NCBI RefSeq assembly: GCF_009914755.1 | Contig: NC_060928.1 | Source: the human T2T-CHM13v2.0 reference genome, Homo sapiens | DNA length: 64,000 nt | Strand: one strand, 5' to 3' | Part shown: positions 33,170 to 64,000 of the stretch, piece by piece | Numbering within the stretch: the first letter of the stretch is position 1 | How the letters are laid out: the number at the start of each line of letters is the position of its first letter | Made by a program: the position numbers and the translations under genes | The notes under the pieces: model-generated | Told to the model about the DNA's origin: nothing | Databases searched by the model: none | Seen by the model: only the letters and a program-made list of their open reading frames with translations

Positions 33170-34195
33170 GGGGGGCGGAGAAAAATAAGAAGAGCTTAAT
33201 TCTCAGGAAACATCCAAACATCTGGTCTATCAGATTTTATGGCCCCTGGAGAGGATTTTTTCCTGATGGCCTCGAGCCAATACTGACAAAAATAATTGGC
33301 AGGGTGATAATTAAAGCAAGATCTCGCATTAATATGTTCCCCTGCCCACGTCCAAGGTGAAATTTTCATATCAGCTGAAGCAATGCTTTGCATGCAGTAG
33401 ATGCTGCGTAACTACTTGATGCAAGCTGGCAGAAAAGAATGTATGAATTTACTGAGGAATGAAAAACAGATGGGACCACTTTGGAAATGTAATCAGTGTT
33501 TGAGGTACTGGAGAGGAGTGTATTTGCAAACCAGGAAATATCCAACCCCAGGAAGCAGATGCTGCTTTGCTGTTGGTGAAAACATCTTTTTCATAGAAAA
33601 CCCTAGGGTTTTATTTTTACCTTGGTAACTATCAAAATTTTTAATCGGTCTCGGGAATTTATCTCCAAAATGATATTCTGAGTGACTGCCTCCATTCAGG
33701 GCAAGCTGGGTTTTGTGGTAATTGCCTTTGATGTCTGTTCTTCGGTCTTTCTCCCTTGCCTAACCCCTGTCGCTGTCAATTACCCTGGGAGGCTGCCCAC
33801 AACAATGGAGACTATTGCCTCAGTAACAGCCGCCTAGGCCCTCAGTATCAGCGGTGCCAAGTGGCTGCAGGCTGTGCTGAGGGCTACACTGTGAGCTAGG
33901 GGAACTTCCAAGGCTTTGCTCTCCCCTTGTGATTTTCCTTTCTACTATGTATGACCACTGACCCACGATTTTATGTGACATTTCAATCTCAGATCTCAGC
34001 CAGATCCCCAAGCTGCCTGCGATGCAAAGTGATTCTTAACATTACGCAGCTGCAGCTGGGGAATTCAGAGGACAGAGTAGGGGAAAGAGGAAACCCTGGC
34101 TAAAGTGATGGCGCTGCCCCAGAGGCTGCCTTCCGTAAGCCATTTCCACCTTCCACACCCAGCAATGTTTTTTGAAGGATTAAGATATTTCAGGC
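33170..34195. promoter_or_regulatory. Candidate enhancer (repeat-free motif-rich island)
   Basis: No recognisable repeat; TTTTATGGC 33235, CCTTTGATGT 33725, CTGTCAATTA 33773, AACAATGG 33801, several TAATT/AATTA and CAGATG/CAGCTG. Confidence 0.35.
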
Positions 34196-34198
34196 AGG

Positions 34199-35899
<1,701 letters not shown>

Positions 35900-36108
35900 A
35901 TTTCCTCTAGCATGTTTCAAGGACATCTTAAACCTCACATGTTCAAAACTCAATTGTAAATTACGAGCTGAGTAAAATAAGCCCTCGAAACTGTGGAGAC
36001 TGGAAAAATCTCTTATCAAGAAAAAGGTGTTTTCCCATATGGCACTGACTACAAGAGAAAACTAAGGGGTAAGGAAAACCATAGTTATTAGTAATGAAGC
36101 AACGTCAT

Positions 36109-37052
<944 letters not shown>

Positions 37053-37624
37053 GTAACTTGCCCAAAGTTAAAATATGGTTCCCAGACAAATATATACATA
37101 TGTGTGTGTTAGTATGTGTGAGAGAGAGAAAGAGAGAGAGAAAGAAAGATTTGTTTGACTTATCAGTGAAGGAATCTGCAGATAGTAAAGCTGGTTCAAA
37201 ATGCATATGAGAAATAGAGATTTATAAAGTTCTCCAGGAAAGACATGCTGGAGTAAATTTGCTAGGTTAGAGACTGAAACTAGTTAACGTGCTACAGGGC
37301 AATAAGATTATGGCCATTTGCGGTACTTTTTCTACTAAAGAGAAGTCATTTGCATCTTTACCAGACAAAAATCTGCAAGTTAACATGCAACTTCGCAGAG
37401 TCTGGGCCTAGTCAATAGTAAATCGCATGCCAAAAAACGATCATTTCCTTAGGGAATTAAATCATCTGTGGGTAGGTCTTTCATACAGAACTCAAGTATG
37501 ACACTGAAAACATACAGCCCTGTTTCTTGCCTCTTTTCCGTGTTTTGTATTATTTTTAACAAGTGTCAGAACCTCCACACATTTTTTTTTTTTCCTGAGC
37601 ACAGAGTTTTTAATAGAGCTGGGA

Positions 37625-38021
<397 letters not shown>

Positions 38022-38183
38022 TCAGTTGAAATATCCCTCACCAGGACTTAGTGCTCTTAGAACCTGGAAGTTTCAAAAAGGAAAAATAAAAAAATAAAAA
38101 GTAATATTTTTAAAAAGATAAATTAAAATAAATAGTAAAAAAAGAAAGAAAGAACAATAAAATTTTATAAAGAAAAAAAATCA

Positions 38184-39246
<1,063 letters not shown>

Positions 39247-39327
39247 CTACTTGGGAAGCTGAGGCAGGAGAATCGCTTGAACCTCTGGAGGTGGAGGTTG
39301 CAGTGAGCCAACATCATGCCATTGCAC

Positions 39328-39445
39328 TCCAGCCTGGGCAACAGAGCAAGAATCTGTCTCAAAAAAAAAAAAAGTAAAAAAAGTAGTCCAGCCTGGGCAA
39401 CAGAGCAAGACTCTGTCTCAAAAACAAAAAAAGTAAAAAAAGTAG
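39328..39445 (+). repeat. 59-bp tandem duplication of an Alu 3' end plus tail
   Basis: TCCAGCCTGGGCAACAGAGCAAGA(A/C)TCTGTCTC-A13-GTAAAAAAAGTAG twice, 2 mismatches. Confidence 0.9.
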
Positions 39446-39759
39446 CCTGGTATGGTGGCTCACGCCTGTTATCCCAACACTTTGGGAGGCTGAGGCAGGT
39501 GGATCACCTGAGGTCAGGAGTTGGAGACCAGCCTGACCATCATGGATAAACCCCGTCTCTACTAAAAATACAAAAAAATTAGCTGGGCGTGGTGGCACAC
39601 ACCTATAATCCCAGCTACTCGGGAGGCTGAGGCAGGAGAATTGCTTGTACCTGGGAGGTGGAGGCTGTGGTGAGCCAAGATAGTGCCTGGGCAACAAGAG
39701 CGAAACTCCGTCCCCAAAAAACAAAACAAAACAAACAAAAAATTAGCCAGGTATGGTGC

Positions 39760-40231
39760 TGTTAGATATAAGTTCTAAATTTCTTTTCAAAGAATCATTA
39801 TGTCAGTATGTTCAATTCTTTGCCTTCTGCCTTTAAACTTAACTTCCTCGTAAAGCAACCTTTTTCGATTACCTGCACCACCCTGACTCATTCCGATTAC
39901 CTACTCCACCCTGACTCATTCTGATTACCTGCTATGTCATAACCATTTTTCCCGCCAAAGCACTCACCCCATCACTCTCTTTAAATTAGCCAATCGGAAT
40001 TAGTTTAGCCTGTGCTGTCTAACCCTAGCCAATAAGGGAACGACACAGCAGCAGGGGCCACGTGCGTCAGGGATAGAACCCCTTCCCCTCCCTTGTCCAA
40101 GTGTGCGCTCACCTTTGCTCCATCTGTAAGGGCTCACCCTTCTATAGAAGTACCTTGCCTTGCTGAGAATTAAAAAGAAAATTTTATATTCGAGTGCTAT
40201 TTCTTTTGTGGCACTGAAACTTTATATAACA
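39760..40231 (+). mobile_element. LTR10F-like (HERVIP10) solo LTR
   Basis: TGTTAGATATAAGTTCTAAATTTCTTTTCAAAG...TTTATATAACA; 28-bp internal repeat; CCAAT boxes; TSD GTGC/GTGG. Confidence 0.85.
39866..39933 (+). repeat. 28-bp AP-1 VNTR of LTR10 (about 2.4 units)
   Basis: CGATTACCTGCACCACCCTGACTCATTC repeated; TGACTCA at 39884 and 39912. Confidence 0.9.
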
Positions 40232-40730
40232 GTGGTGTGTGCCTATCTATAGTCTCAGCTACTCAGTAGGCTGAGGTGGGAGGATTTCCTGAGCCCAGGC
40301 AGTCAAGGCTGCAGTGACCCATGATCGCACCACTGCACTCCAGCCTGGGCGACCAACCACAGAGCAAGACCCTGTCAAAAAAAAAAGAAAGAAAGAAAGA
40401 AAAGACAAATAATTTCAGCAAAATAGGTCAATTTGAAAATAAAATGTATCTTTTTTTTTCTCAAATGGATTTTTACCTACAGTGATTAAGGAAGTGAGGG
40501 TGGGGTGGAGGTGGGAGGGGGGTGGTGGGATTCAGTTTATCTATTTGGTCAAAACTTTATCTCCATTTAAAGGACTCCTTCCTGTAAATGAAGAAGTTTT
40601 CATCTTGCCCTGAAACTGCATATCACAAATGCACCAAGTAAAAAACAAAGAGGTTTGTGGAACATTCCCTTTATTTACACTTCTATACTGACCTTTTGGA
40701 CCCTTTTGCTTCTATCCTCTCAGAACCCTA

Positions 40731-42320
<1,590 letters not shown>

Positions 42321-42394
42321 CTACCATCAAATAATGGCCAATGATTGGATTAAAATTTGTTTATGGATGTGAAGGACCCATTTTTTGCCTGCTT

Positions 42395-43750
<1,356 letters not shown>

Positions 43751-44179
43751 GTCCATTTTATTTCGACTTTCAGTTCAAGATGACCTTAAACTTGCTAGCA
43801 GACAAATTTTCAGTGATTATTCTCTAATGGATGGCACCTGACTACAGGCCAAATAAGTCAGGGAAAATATCAAGTAGGAATCTCTAAACATTCTTAAAGG
43901 GTCACCCCACCCCTCCCTACAGATACTGCTCTGCATTTGAGGCTTATGGATGGATTTCCTCCACAAAGTCACTGTTGCCTCTCCTGTAGGCCTATTCTGA
44001 CCCAGCCTGCATTAAGCACCCCTTTCATGGGTCTCCTCAGATGTCATGCATTCTTTTCCCCCCTAGCACTTCTAGAGATGCGTTTTCATCTTCCCACTGA
44101 CTTATCAGTCTGTACTCTCCACTAAATTGTGAGCTTCTTTTTATCCCTAAGGCCTAGCAGGGAATTAGTCATGTGTCCA

Positions 44180-45490
<1,311 letters not shown>

Positions 45491-45583
45491 TGAGAACCAA
45501 AGTGTAGGATGCAAGGCCTGGAAAGTCCCCAGAAATCCCATCTCAGTTAACTAGGAAACTGAGTCCCAGAGTGGAACCGTAAA

Positions 45584-45943
45584 TGACTCAGTGCATTACA
45601 GTTCATTCACAGCACAGTTAGGACTACAAACCAGTCGTGCACTTTGTGTCTTTTCCTCTTTTTTCGTGGACCTTCCCATGTGACTCAGCTAGTTTTTGAA
45701 TTAAAAAAAAAGCAGTGCTTTACCAAGTGATGGATATATAAAGTTCACTACACTATTCTCTCTATGTTGATATGTTTGAAAATGTCAATAGTAATCAGGT
45801 TTATAAGAAGCAACACTTTAAAACTGTTGTGGCATAGGTGCTAACTCAAGGCCTTCCAAACAGTTTGGGAAAGGAAAGAGGTCCAGGGCTTCTTGGCACT
45901 CACATCCTTACATGGCACTCAATAATCTGCATCTTGACTCAGC
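45584..45943 (+). promoter_or_regulatory. AP-1/ARE motif cluster
   Basis: TGACTCA at 45584, GTGACTCAGC at 45680, TGACTCAGC at 45935. Confidence 0.3.
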
Positions 45944-46203
45944 TGGGCTGTGTTTGGACCTATTGCCACAGTCATACACAATGCCAGATTGTTGGACTCC
46001 ATGACACTTGCCTTGGAAGTGCACAGAACCTCTCTTTGGATCTTCTGTAAAATGGGAGTCCATGCCTATGACACAAAGAATGTTGTGAGACTGAAGTGAG
46101 TATTTATAAGTCCCTGTCTGCCCCCCATTCCCCGATCAAATGAATGTTATTTCACAGAAACTTTCCTTGAAATTGGGTAATGTCACCACAGCTGTCTGCA
46201 TAA

Positions 46204-49555
<3,352 letters not shown>

Positions 49556-49612
49556 TTAGCCAAATAAATAAATAAAATAATTATACTTATTATAATAAAA
49601 AGTTCAGACAGT

Positions 49613-49659
49613 CTCCAGTCTGGGCAACAGAGTGAGACTCTGTCTCAAAAAAAAAAAAA
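49613..49659 (+). mobile_element. Ultra-short 5'-truncated Alu
   Basis: Last 34 nt of Alu plus A13, flanked by TSD GTTCAGACAGT at 49602 and 49661. Confidence 0.85.
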
Positions 49660-49810
49660 GGTTCAGACAGTAAGAAAAGTATTATTTGAAAGTAGAAGTC
49701 TAGTGGGTTCCAAGATGGCCAAATAGGAAAAGCTCCGGTCTACAGCTCCCGCATGATCGATGCAGAAGACGGGTGATTTCTGCATTTCCAATTGAGGTAC
49801 CTGGTTCATC

Positions 49811-50113
49811 TCATTGGGACTGGTTGGACAGTGGGTACAGCCCAAGGAGGGTGAGCCAAAGCAGGGTGGGGCATTGCCTCACTTGGGAAGTGCAAGGGGT
49901 TGGGGGATTTCCCTTTCCTGCCAAGGGAAGCCATGACAGACTGTACCTGGAAAAACAGGACACTCCTACCAAAATACTGCACTTTTCCCAAGGTCTTAGC
50001 AACCTGCAGTCAAGGAGATTCCCCACACCCACAAAGACTTGCTCACTGCTAGCACAGCAGTCTGAGATCAAACTTCAAGGTGGCAGCCTGGCTGGGGGAG
50101 GGGCGTCCGCCAT
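49811..50113 (-). pseudogene. Disrupted L1 ORF0 homologue
   Basis: ATG at 50113 reads MADAPPPARLPP*SLISDCCASSEQVFVGVG; TGA at 50077-50075. Confidence 0.7.
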
Positions 50114-50699
50114 TGCTGAGGCTTGAGTAGGTAAACAAAGCGGCTGAGAAGCTCAAACTGAGTGGAGCCCACCACAGCTCAGCAAAGCCTACTGTCTCTA
50201 TAGACTCCACCTCTGTGGGCAGGGCATAGCTGAACAAAAGGCAGCAAACAACTTCTGGAGACTTAAACATCCCTGTCTCACAGCTCTGAAGAGAGCAGTC
50301 ATTCTCCCAGCACGGCGTTTGAGCTCTGAGAACAGACAGATTGCCTCCTCAAGTGGGTCCCTGACCCCCGTGTAGCCTAAGTGGGAGACACCTCCCAGTA
50401 GGGGCTGACAAACACCTCATATAGGCGGATGCCCCTCTGGGACGAAGCTTCCAGAGGAAGGATCAGGCAGCAATATTTGCTGTTCTGCAGCCTCCGCTGG
50501 TGATAATAACCAGGCAAACAGGTTCTGGAGCGGACCTCCAGCAAACTCCAACAGACTTGCAGCTGAGGGACCTGACTATTAGAAGGAAAACTAACAAACA
50601 AAAAGGAATAGCATCAACATCAACAAAAAGGATATCTACACCAAAACCCCATCTGTAGGTCACCAACATCAAACACCAAAGGTAGATAAAACCACAAAG

Positions 50700-52023
<1,324 letters not shown>

Positions 52024-52858
52024 AGACCATCGATGCTAGTAAGAAACTACATCAACTAACAGGCAAAATAACCAGCTAACATCATAATGACAGGATCAGA
52101 TTGACACATAACAATATTAACCTTAAATGTAAATGGGCTAAATGCCCCAGTTAAAAGACACAGACTGGCAAATTGGATAGAGTCAAGACCCATCAGTGTG
52201 CAGTATTCAGGAGACCCATCTCACGTGCAGAGACACACATAGGCTCAAAATAAAGGGATGGAGGAAGATCTACCAAGCAAATGGAAAGCAAAAAAAAAAG
52301 CAGGGGTTGCAATCCTAGTCTCTGATAAAACAGACTTTAAACCAGCAAAGATCAAAAGAGACAAAGAAGGCTATTACATAATGGTAAAGGAATCAATTCA
52401 ACAAGAAGAGTTAACTATCCTAAATATATATGCACCCAATACAGGAGCACCCAGATTCATAAAGTAAGTCCTTGGAGACCTACAAAGAGACTTAGACTCC
52501 CACACAATAATAATGGGAGACTTTAACACCCCACTGTCAGTATTAGACAGATCAACGAGACAGAAGGTTAACAAGGATATCCAGAAATTGAACTCACCTC
52601 TGCACCAAGCAGACCTAATAGACATCTACAGAACTTTTCACCCCAAATCAACAGAATATACATTCTTCTCAGCACCACATCACACTTATTCTAAAATTGA
52701 CCATGTAATTGGAAGTAAAGCACTCTTCAGCAAATGTAAAAGAACAGAAATCACAACAAACTGTATCTCAGACCACAATGCAATCAAATTAGAACTCAGG
52801 ATTAAGAAACTCACTCAAAACCGCACAACTACATGGAAACTTAACAACCTGCTCCTGA

Positions 52859-53110
<252 letters not shown>

Positions 53111-55401
53111 TAAGATCAGAGCAGAACTGAAAGAGATAGAGACACAAAAACCCTTTAAAAAAATCCACGAATCCACAAGCTGGTTTTTTGAAAAGATCAA
53201 CAAAATTGATAGACCGCTAGCAAGACTAATAAAGAAGAAAAGAGAGAAGAATCAAATAGATGCAATAAAAAAATGATAAAGGGGATATCACCACCGATCC
53301 CACAGAAATAGAAACTACCATCAGAGAATACTATAATCACCTCTACGCAAATAAACTTGAAAATCTAGAAGAAATGGATAAATTCCTGGACACATACACC
53401 CTCCCAAGACTAAACAAGGAAGAAACTGAATCTCTCAACAGACCAATAACAGGCTCTGAAATTGAGGCAATAATTAATACTCTACAAACCAAAAAAAGTC
53501 CAGGACCAGATGGATTCACAGCCGAATTCTACCAGAGGTACAAGGAGGAGCTGGTACCATTCCTTCTGAAACTATTCCAAACAATAGAAAAAGAGGGACT
53601 CGTCCCTAACTCATTTTATGAGGCCAGCATCATCCTGATACCAAAGCCGGTCAGAGACACAACAGAAAAAGATAATTTTAGACCAATATCTCTGATGAAC
53701 ATTGATGCGAAAATCCTCAACAAAATACTGGCAAACCAAATCCAACAGCATATCAAAAAGCTTATCCAGCACGATCAAGTCTGCTTCATCCCTGGGATGC
53801 AAGGCTTGTTCAACATATGCAAATCAATAAACGTAATCCATGACATAAACAGAACCAACGACAAAAATCACATGATTATCTTAATATATGCAGAAAAGGC
53901 CTTTGACAAAATTCAACAGCCCTTCATGCTAAAAACTCTCAATAAACTAAGCATTGATGGAACTTATCTCAAAATAAGAGCTATTTATGACAAACCTGCA
54001 GCCAATATCATACTGAATGGGCAAAAACTGGAAGCATTCCCTTCAAAAACTGACACAAGACAAGGATGCCCCTTCTCACCACTCCTATTCAACATAGTGT
54101 TGGAAGTTCTGGCCAGGGCAATCAGGCAAGAGAAAGAAATAAAGGGTATTCAATTAGGAAAAGAGGAAGTCAAATTGTCCCTGTTTGCAGATGACATGGT
54201 TGTATATTTGGAAAACCCCATCGTCTCAGCCCAAAATCTCCTTAAGCTGATAAGCAACTTCAGCAAGGTCTCAGGATACATCAGTGTGCAAAAATCACAA
54301 GCATTCCTATACACCAATAACAGACAAACAGAGAGCCAAATCATGAGTGAACTCCCATTCACAATTGCTACAAAGAGAATAAAATACCTAGGAATCCAAC
54401 TTACAAGGGACGTGAAGGACCTCTTCAGGGAGAACTACAAACCCCTGCTCAACGAAATAAAAGAGGACACAAACAAATGGAAGAACATTCCATGCTCATG
54501 GATAGGAAGAATCAATATCATGAAAATGGCCATACTGCCCAAGGTATTTTGTAGATTCAATGCCATCCCCATCAAGCTACCAATGACTTTCTTCACAGAT
54601 TGGAAAAAATTACTTTAAAGCTCACATGGAACCAAAAAAGAGCGCGCATTGCCAAGAAAATCCTAAGCAAAAAGAACAAAGCTGGAGGCATCACGCTACC
54701 TGACTTCAAACTATACTACAAGGCTACAGCAACCAAAACTGCATGGTACTGGTACCAAAACAGAGATATAGACCAATGGAACAGAACAGAGCCCTCAGAA
54801 ATAATGCCGCATATCTACAACCATCTGGTCTTTGACAAACCTGACAAAAACAAGAAATGGGGAAAGGATTCTCTATTTAATAAATGGTGCTGGGAAAACT
54901 GGCTAGCCACATGTAGAAAGCTGAAACTGGATCCCTTCCTTACACCTTATACAAAAATTAATTCAAGATGGATTAAAGACTTAAATGTTAGACCTAAAAC
55001 CATAAAAACCTTAGAAGAAAACCTAGGCAATACTATTCAGGGCATAGGCATGGGCAAAGACTTCATGACTAAAACACCAAAAGCAATGGCAACAAAAGCC
55101 AAAATAGAAAAATGGGATCTAATTAAACTAAAGAGCTTCTGCCCAGCAAAAGAAACTACCATCAGAGTGAACAGGCAACCTACAGAATGGGAGAAAATTT
55201 TTGCAATCTACCCACCTGACAAAGGGCTAATATCCAGAATCTACAAAGAACTCAAACAAATTTACAAGAAAAAAACAAACAACCCCACCAAAAAGTGGGC
55301 AAAGGATATGAACAGACACTTCTCAAAAGAAAACATTTATGCAGCCAACAGACACATGAAAAAATGCTCATCATCACTGGTCATCAGAGAAATGCAAATC
55401 A

Positions 55402-55761
<360 letters not shown>

Positions 55762-55771
55762 TCAGGAAACA

Positions 55772-56079
<308 letters not shown>

Positions 56080-56490
56080 CTAGAGAGGATGTGGAGAAAT
56101 AGGAACACTTTTACAGTGTTGGTAGGAGTGTAAATTAGTTCACCCATTGTGGAAGACAGTGTGGCAATTCCTCTAGGATCTAGAACTGGAAATACCATTT
56201 GACCCAGCAATCCCATTACTGGGTATATACACAAAGGATTATAAATCATGCTACTATAAAGACACATGCACACGTATGTTTATTTTGGCACTATTCACAG
56301 TAGCAAAGACTTGGAACCAACACGAATGTCCATCAATGATAGGCTGAATGAAGAAAATGTGGCACATATACACCAAGGAATACTATGCAGCCATAAAAAA
56401 GGATGAGCTCATGTCCTTTGCAGGGACATGAATGAAGCTGGAAACCATCATTCTCAGCAAACTATCACAAGGACAGAAAACCAAACACCA

Positions 56491-56925
<435 letters not shown>

Positions 56926-57047
56926 CTAATGTAAATGAGAAGTTGATGGGTGCAGCAAACCAACATGGCATATGCAACCTGTACATTGGGCACATGTACC
57001 CTAGAACATAAAGTATAATTTAAAAAAAAGAAAGAAAGTAGAAGTCT

Positions 57048-57381
<334 letters not shown>

Positions 57382-57406
57382 CTAATCCTTTTAAAATGTT
57401 ATTCCA

Positions 57407-58046
<640 letters not shown>

Positions 58047-58379
58047 TAAATAAATATTTTTTAAAGCAAATGAAAAGCTGTCAATGTGGCCTCAAATCTG
58101 GTCTCTGCACTCCTCTGAATCTGAGCAGGGCTGGTCTTTGCCACCTTTATTTCCCAGGCTTCATGTAAGTTGGCATCAAGCTGGATTTTGTCAATGGGAA
58201 GCACTGGCAAGAGATTGTCCTGGGCAGTGTCTTATAGCAAGGGCAGTTACTTCCTCATTTGCTCCAGCTCTTCCATGGCTCCCCCTCCTGGTAAACAGGC
58301 CTGGGGTGGTTCCAGCATCTGTTGGTGTCCCCAACTCCTTGACTGCCCCGCTTGGATACTCAGCACTTCAATCACCTCT

Positions 58380-58751
58380 TGCATTACTCCATTCTCATGA
58401 TGCTAATAAAGACATACCCAAGACTGGGTAATTTATGAAGGAAAGAGGGTTAATGGACTCACAGCTCCACATAGCTGGGGAGGCCTCACAATCATAGCAG
58501 AAGGCCAATGAGGAGCAAAGGTACATCTTACATGGTGGCAAGCAAGAGAGTGTGTTTAGGGGAACTGCCCTTTATAAAACAATCAGATCTTTTGAGACAT
58601 ATTCACTATCACCAGAACAGTACAGAAAAACCTGTCCCCAAGATTCAATTACCTCCCACAAAATGTTGTGGGTCCTTCCCACAACATTTGGGGATTATGG
58701 GAGCTACAACTAAAGATGCGATTTGGGTGGGGACACAGCCAAACCATATCA
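58380..58751 (-). mobile_element. THE1 (B/C-like) MaLR solo LTR, within an older ERVL-like LTR (about 58085-58835)
   Basis: GCTAATAAAGACATACCCAAGACTGGGTAATTTA...GGGGACACAGCCAAACCATATCA; TSD CCTCT/CCTCC. Confidence 0.88.
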
Positions 58752-59072
58752 CCTCCATAAAAAATTAATTGCCTCAAATTCCCTGTTTTAAGTACTTTGA
58801 AAGAATTCTGTTTCCTAATAAAACCCTGACTGACATGCTGATCACGCCACCATCCTAGCATTATTTTCTTAGCATACTTCCTTCTACATGCTCACATATT
58901 TTGATATTATCACAGCCACATAAGTTAATATTTTGTCTTCTGTTTTGATCATTTAATATTATAAACACATAAACATATTTTTTAGTATTTTAAATAATTG
59001 TCCTATTTAATGGCTGATAATATTTTTTTCTTGTTGATGTACCATGGGTTATTTTGTTTTATGGTTTCTGGG

Positions 59073-62885
<3,813 letters not shown>

Positions 62886-63420
62886 AGATCCCTGCTTTTT
62901 AAATACCTCTTTGGAGCAAGCCACACCCATATGTAAAAGGGTGTCTGTACCCCATTGATCCTGTGCACTTCATCTTCAGTATTCTTTTGCTCCAACTCCG
63001 GCTGGTGTGCCATCTTGGTTTAGCTGTTTTTCCTGCATTGATTCTTCTGCCTTTTCATCTTTCACGAGGATCAGTTACCCTGCCTTTCATGGACTGACAC
63101 ATTAGGGATGACCTTAAGGTAACTGATCTCTGTACTTTGGACTCTCCCCATGTAAACTGTGCCATGGCTGCATCGTTTCTGGCAAAACAAACTCCACCTC
63201 CTCCTTGAAGCTTGCTCAAGACTACTAGCTGGAAGCAAATTCTTCAAACTCTAAAAGCTCTTACTGACTGTGCTTTTACTAAAGCAGGATATATTTTATT
63301 TCCTCAACTAGATAATGAGCTGGTGAAAGTCAAAACCCATTTTATACTTCTTTACCCACCTCCTAGCCCCACACCACCCTTGCACCTTAAACAGAGAAGG
63401 TGCTGAATAAATACCTGCTG

Positions 63421-63902
<482 letters not shown>

Positions 63903-63914
63903 TTATAGTTTTGT

Positions 63915-64000
63915 GTTTATTTATTTATTTATTTTCATTTATTTTATTTTTTTTTGAGACAGAGTCTTGCTCCGTGGCCCAAGCTGGAGTGCAGTGGCGC
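63915..64000 (-). mobile_element. Alu 3' end running off the window
   Basis: (TTTA)n/T tail then GAGACAGAGTCTTGC. Confidence 0.9.

Noticed and set aside
39866-39933. CRISPR-like direct repeats
   Set aside because: Contiguous tandem units without spacers, inside an LTR; eukaryotic DNA with no cas genes

Overview
Primate (human-like) genomic DNA, intergenic or deep intronic, and extremely Alu-dense (over 100 Alu copies or monomers counted by eye). I found no host protein-coding exon, RNA gene or CpG island, and almost every ORF in the track is an Alu or L1 translation artefact. The main landmark is a full-length but dead L1PA (L1PA6-like) at 49702-57033. It carries four nested Alus, and its 14-bp target site occurs three times because an Alu was inserted at the same site. 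Solo LTRs include MER57-like, MER50, MLT1, LTR16-like, MST, LTR9-like, LTR10F and THE1. DNA transposon relics (MER2, MER5, MER81) and L2/MIR/L1M fragments are also present, along with one very young AluYe5-type insertion. The best leads are retrotransposition and repair footprints (re-used target site, apparent 5'-inverted Alu, templated insertions) and candidate enhancers (an AP-1 VNTR in LTR10F, a repeat-free motif-rich island at 33.2-34.2 kb, an ARE/AP-1 cluster). I do not see evidence for a new multi-gene biological system. Repeat family names come from remembered consensus sequences and need RepeatMasker/Dfam confirmation.
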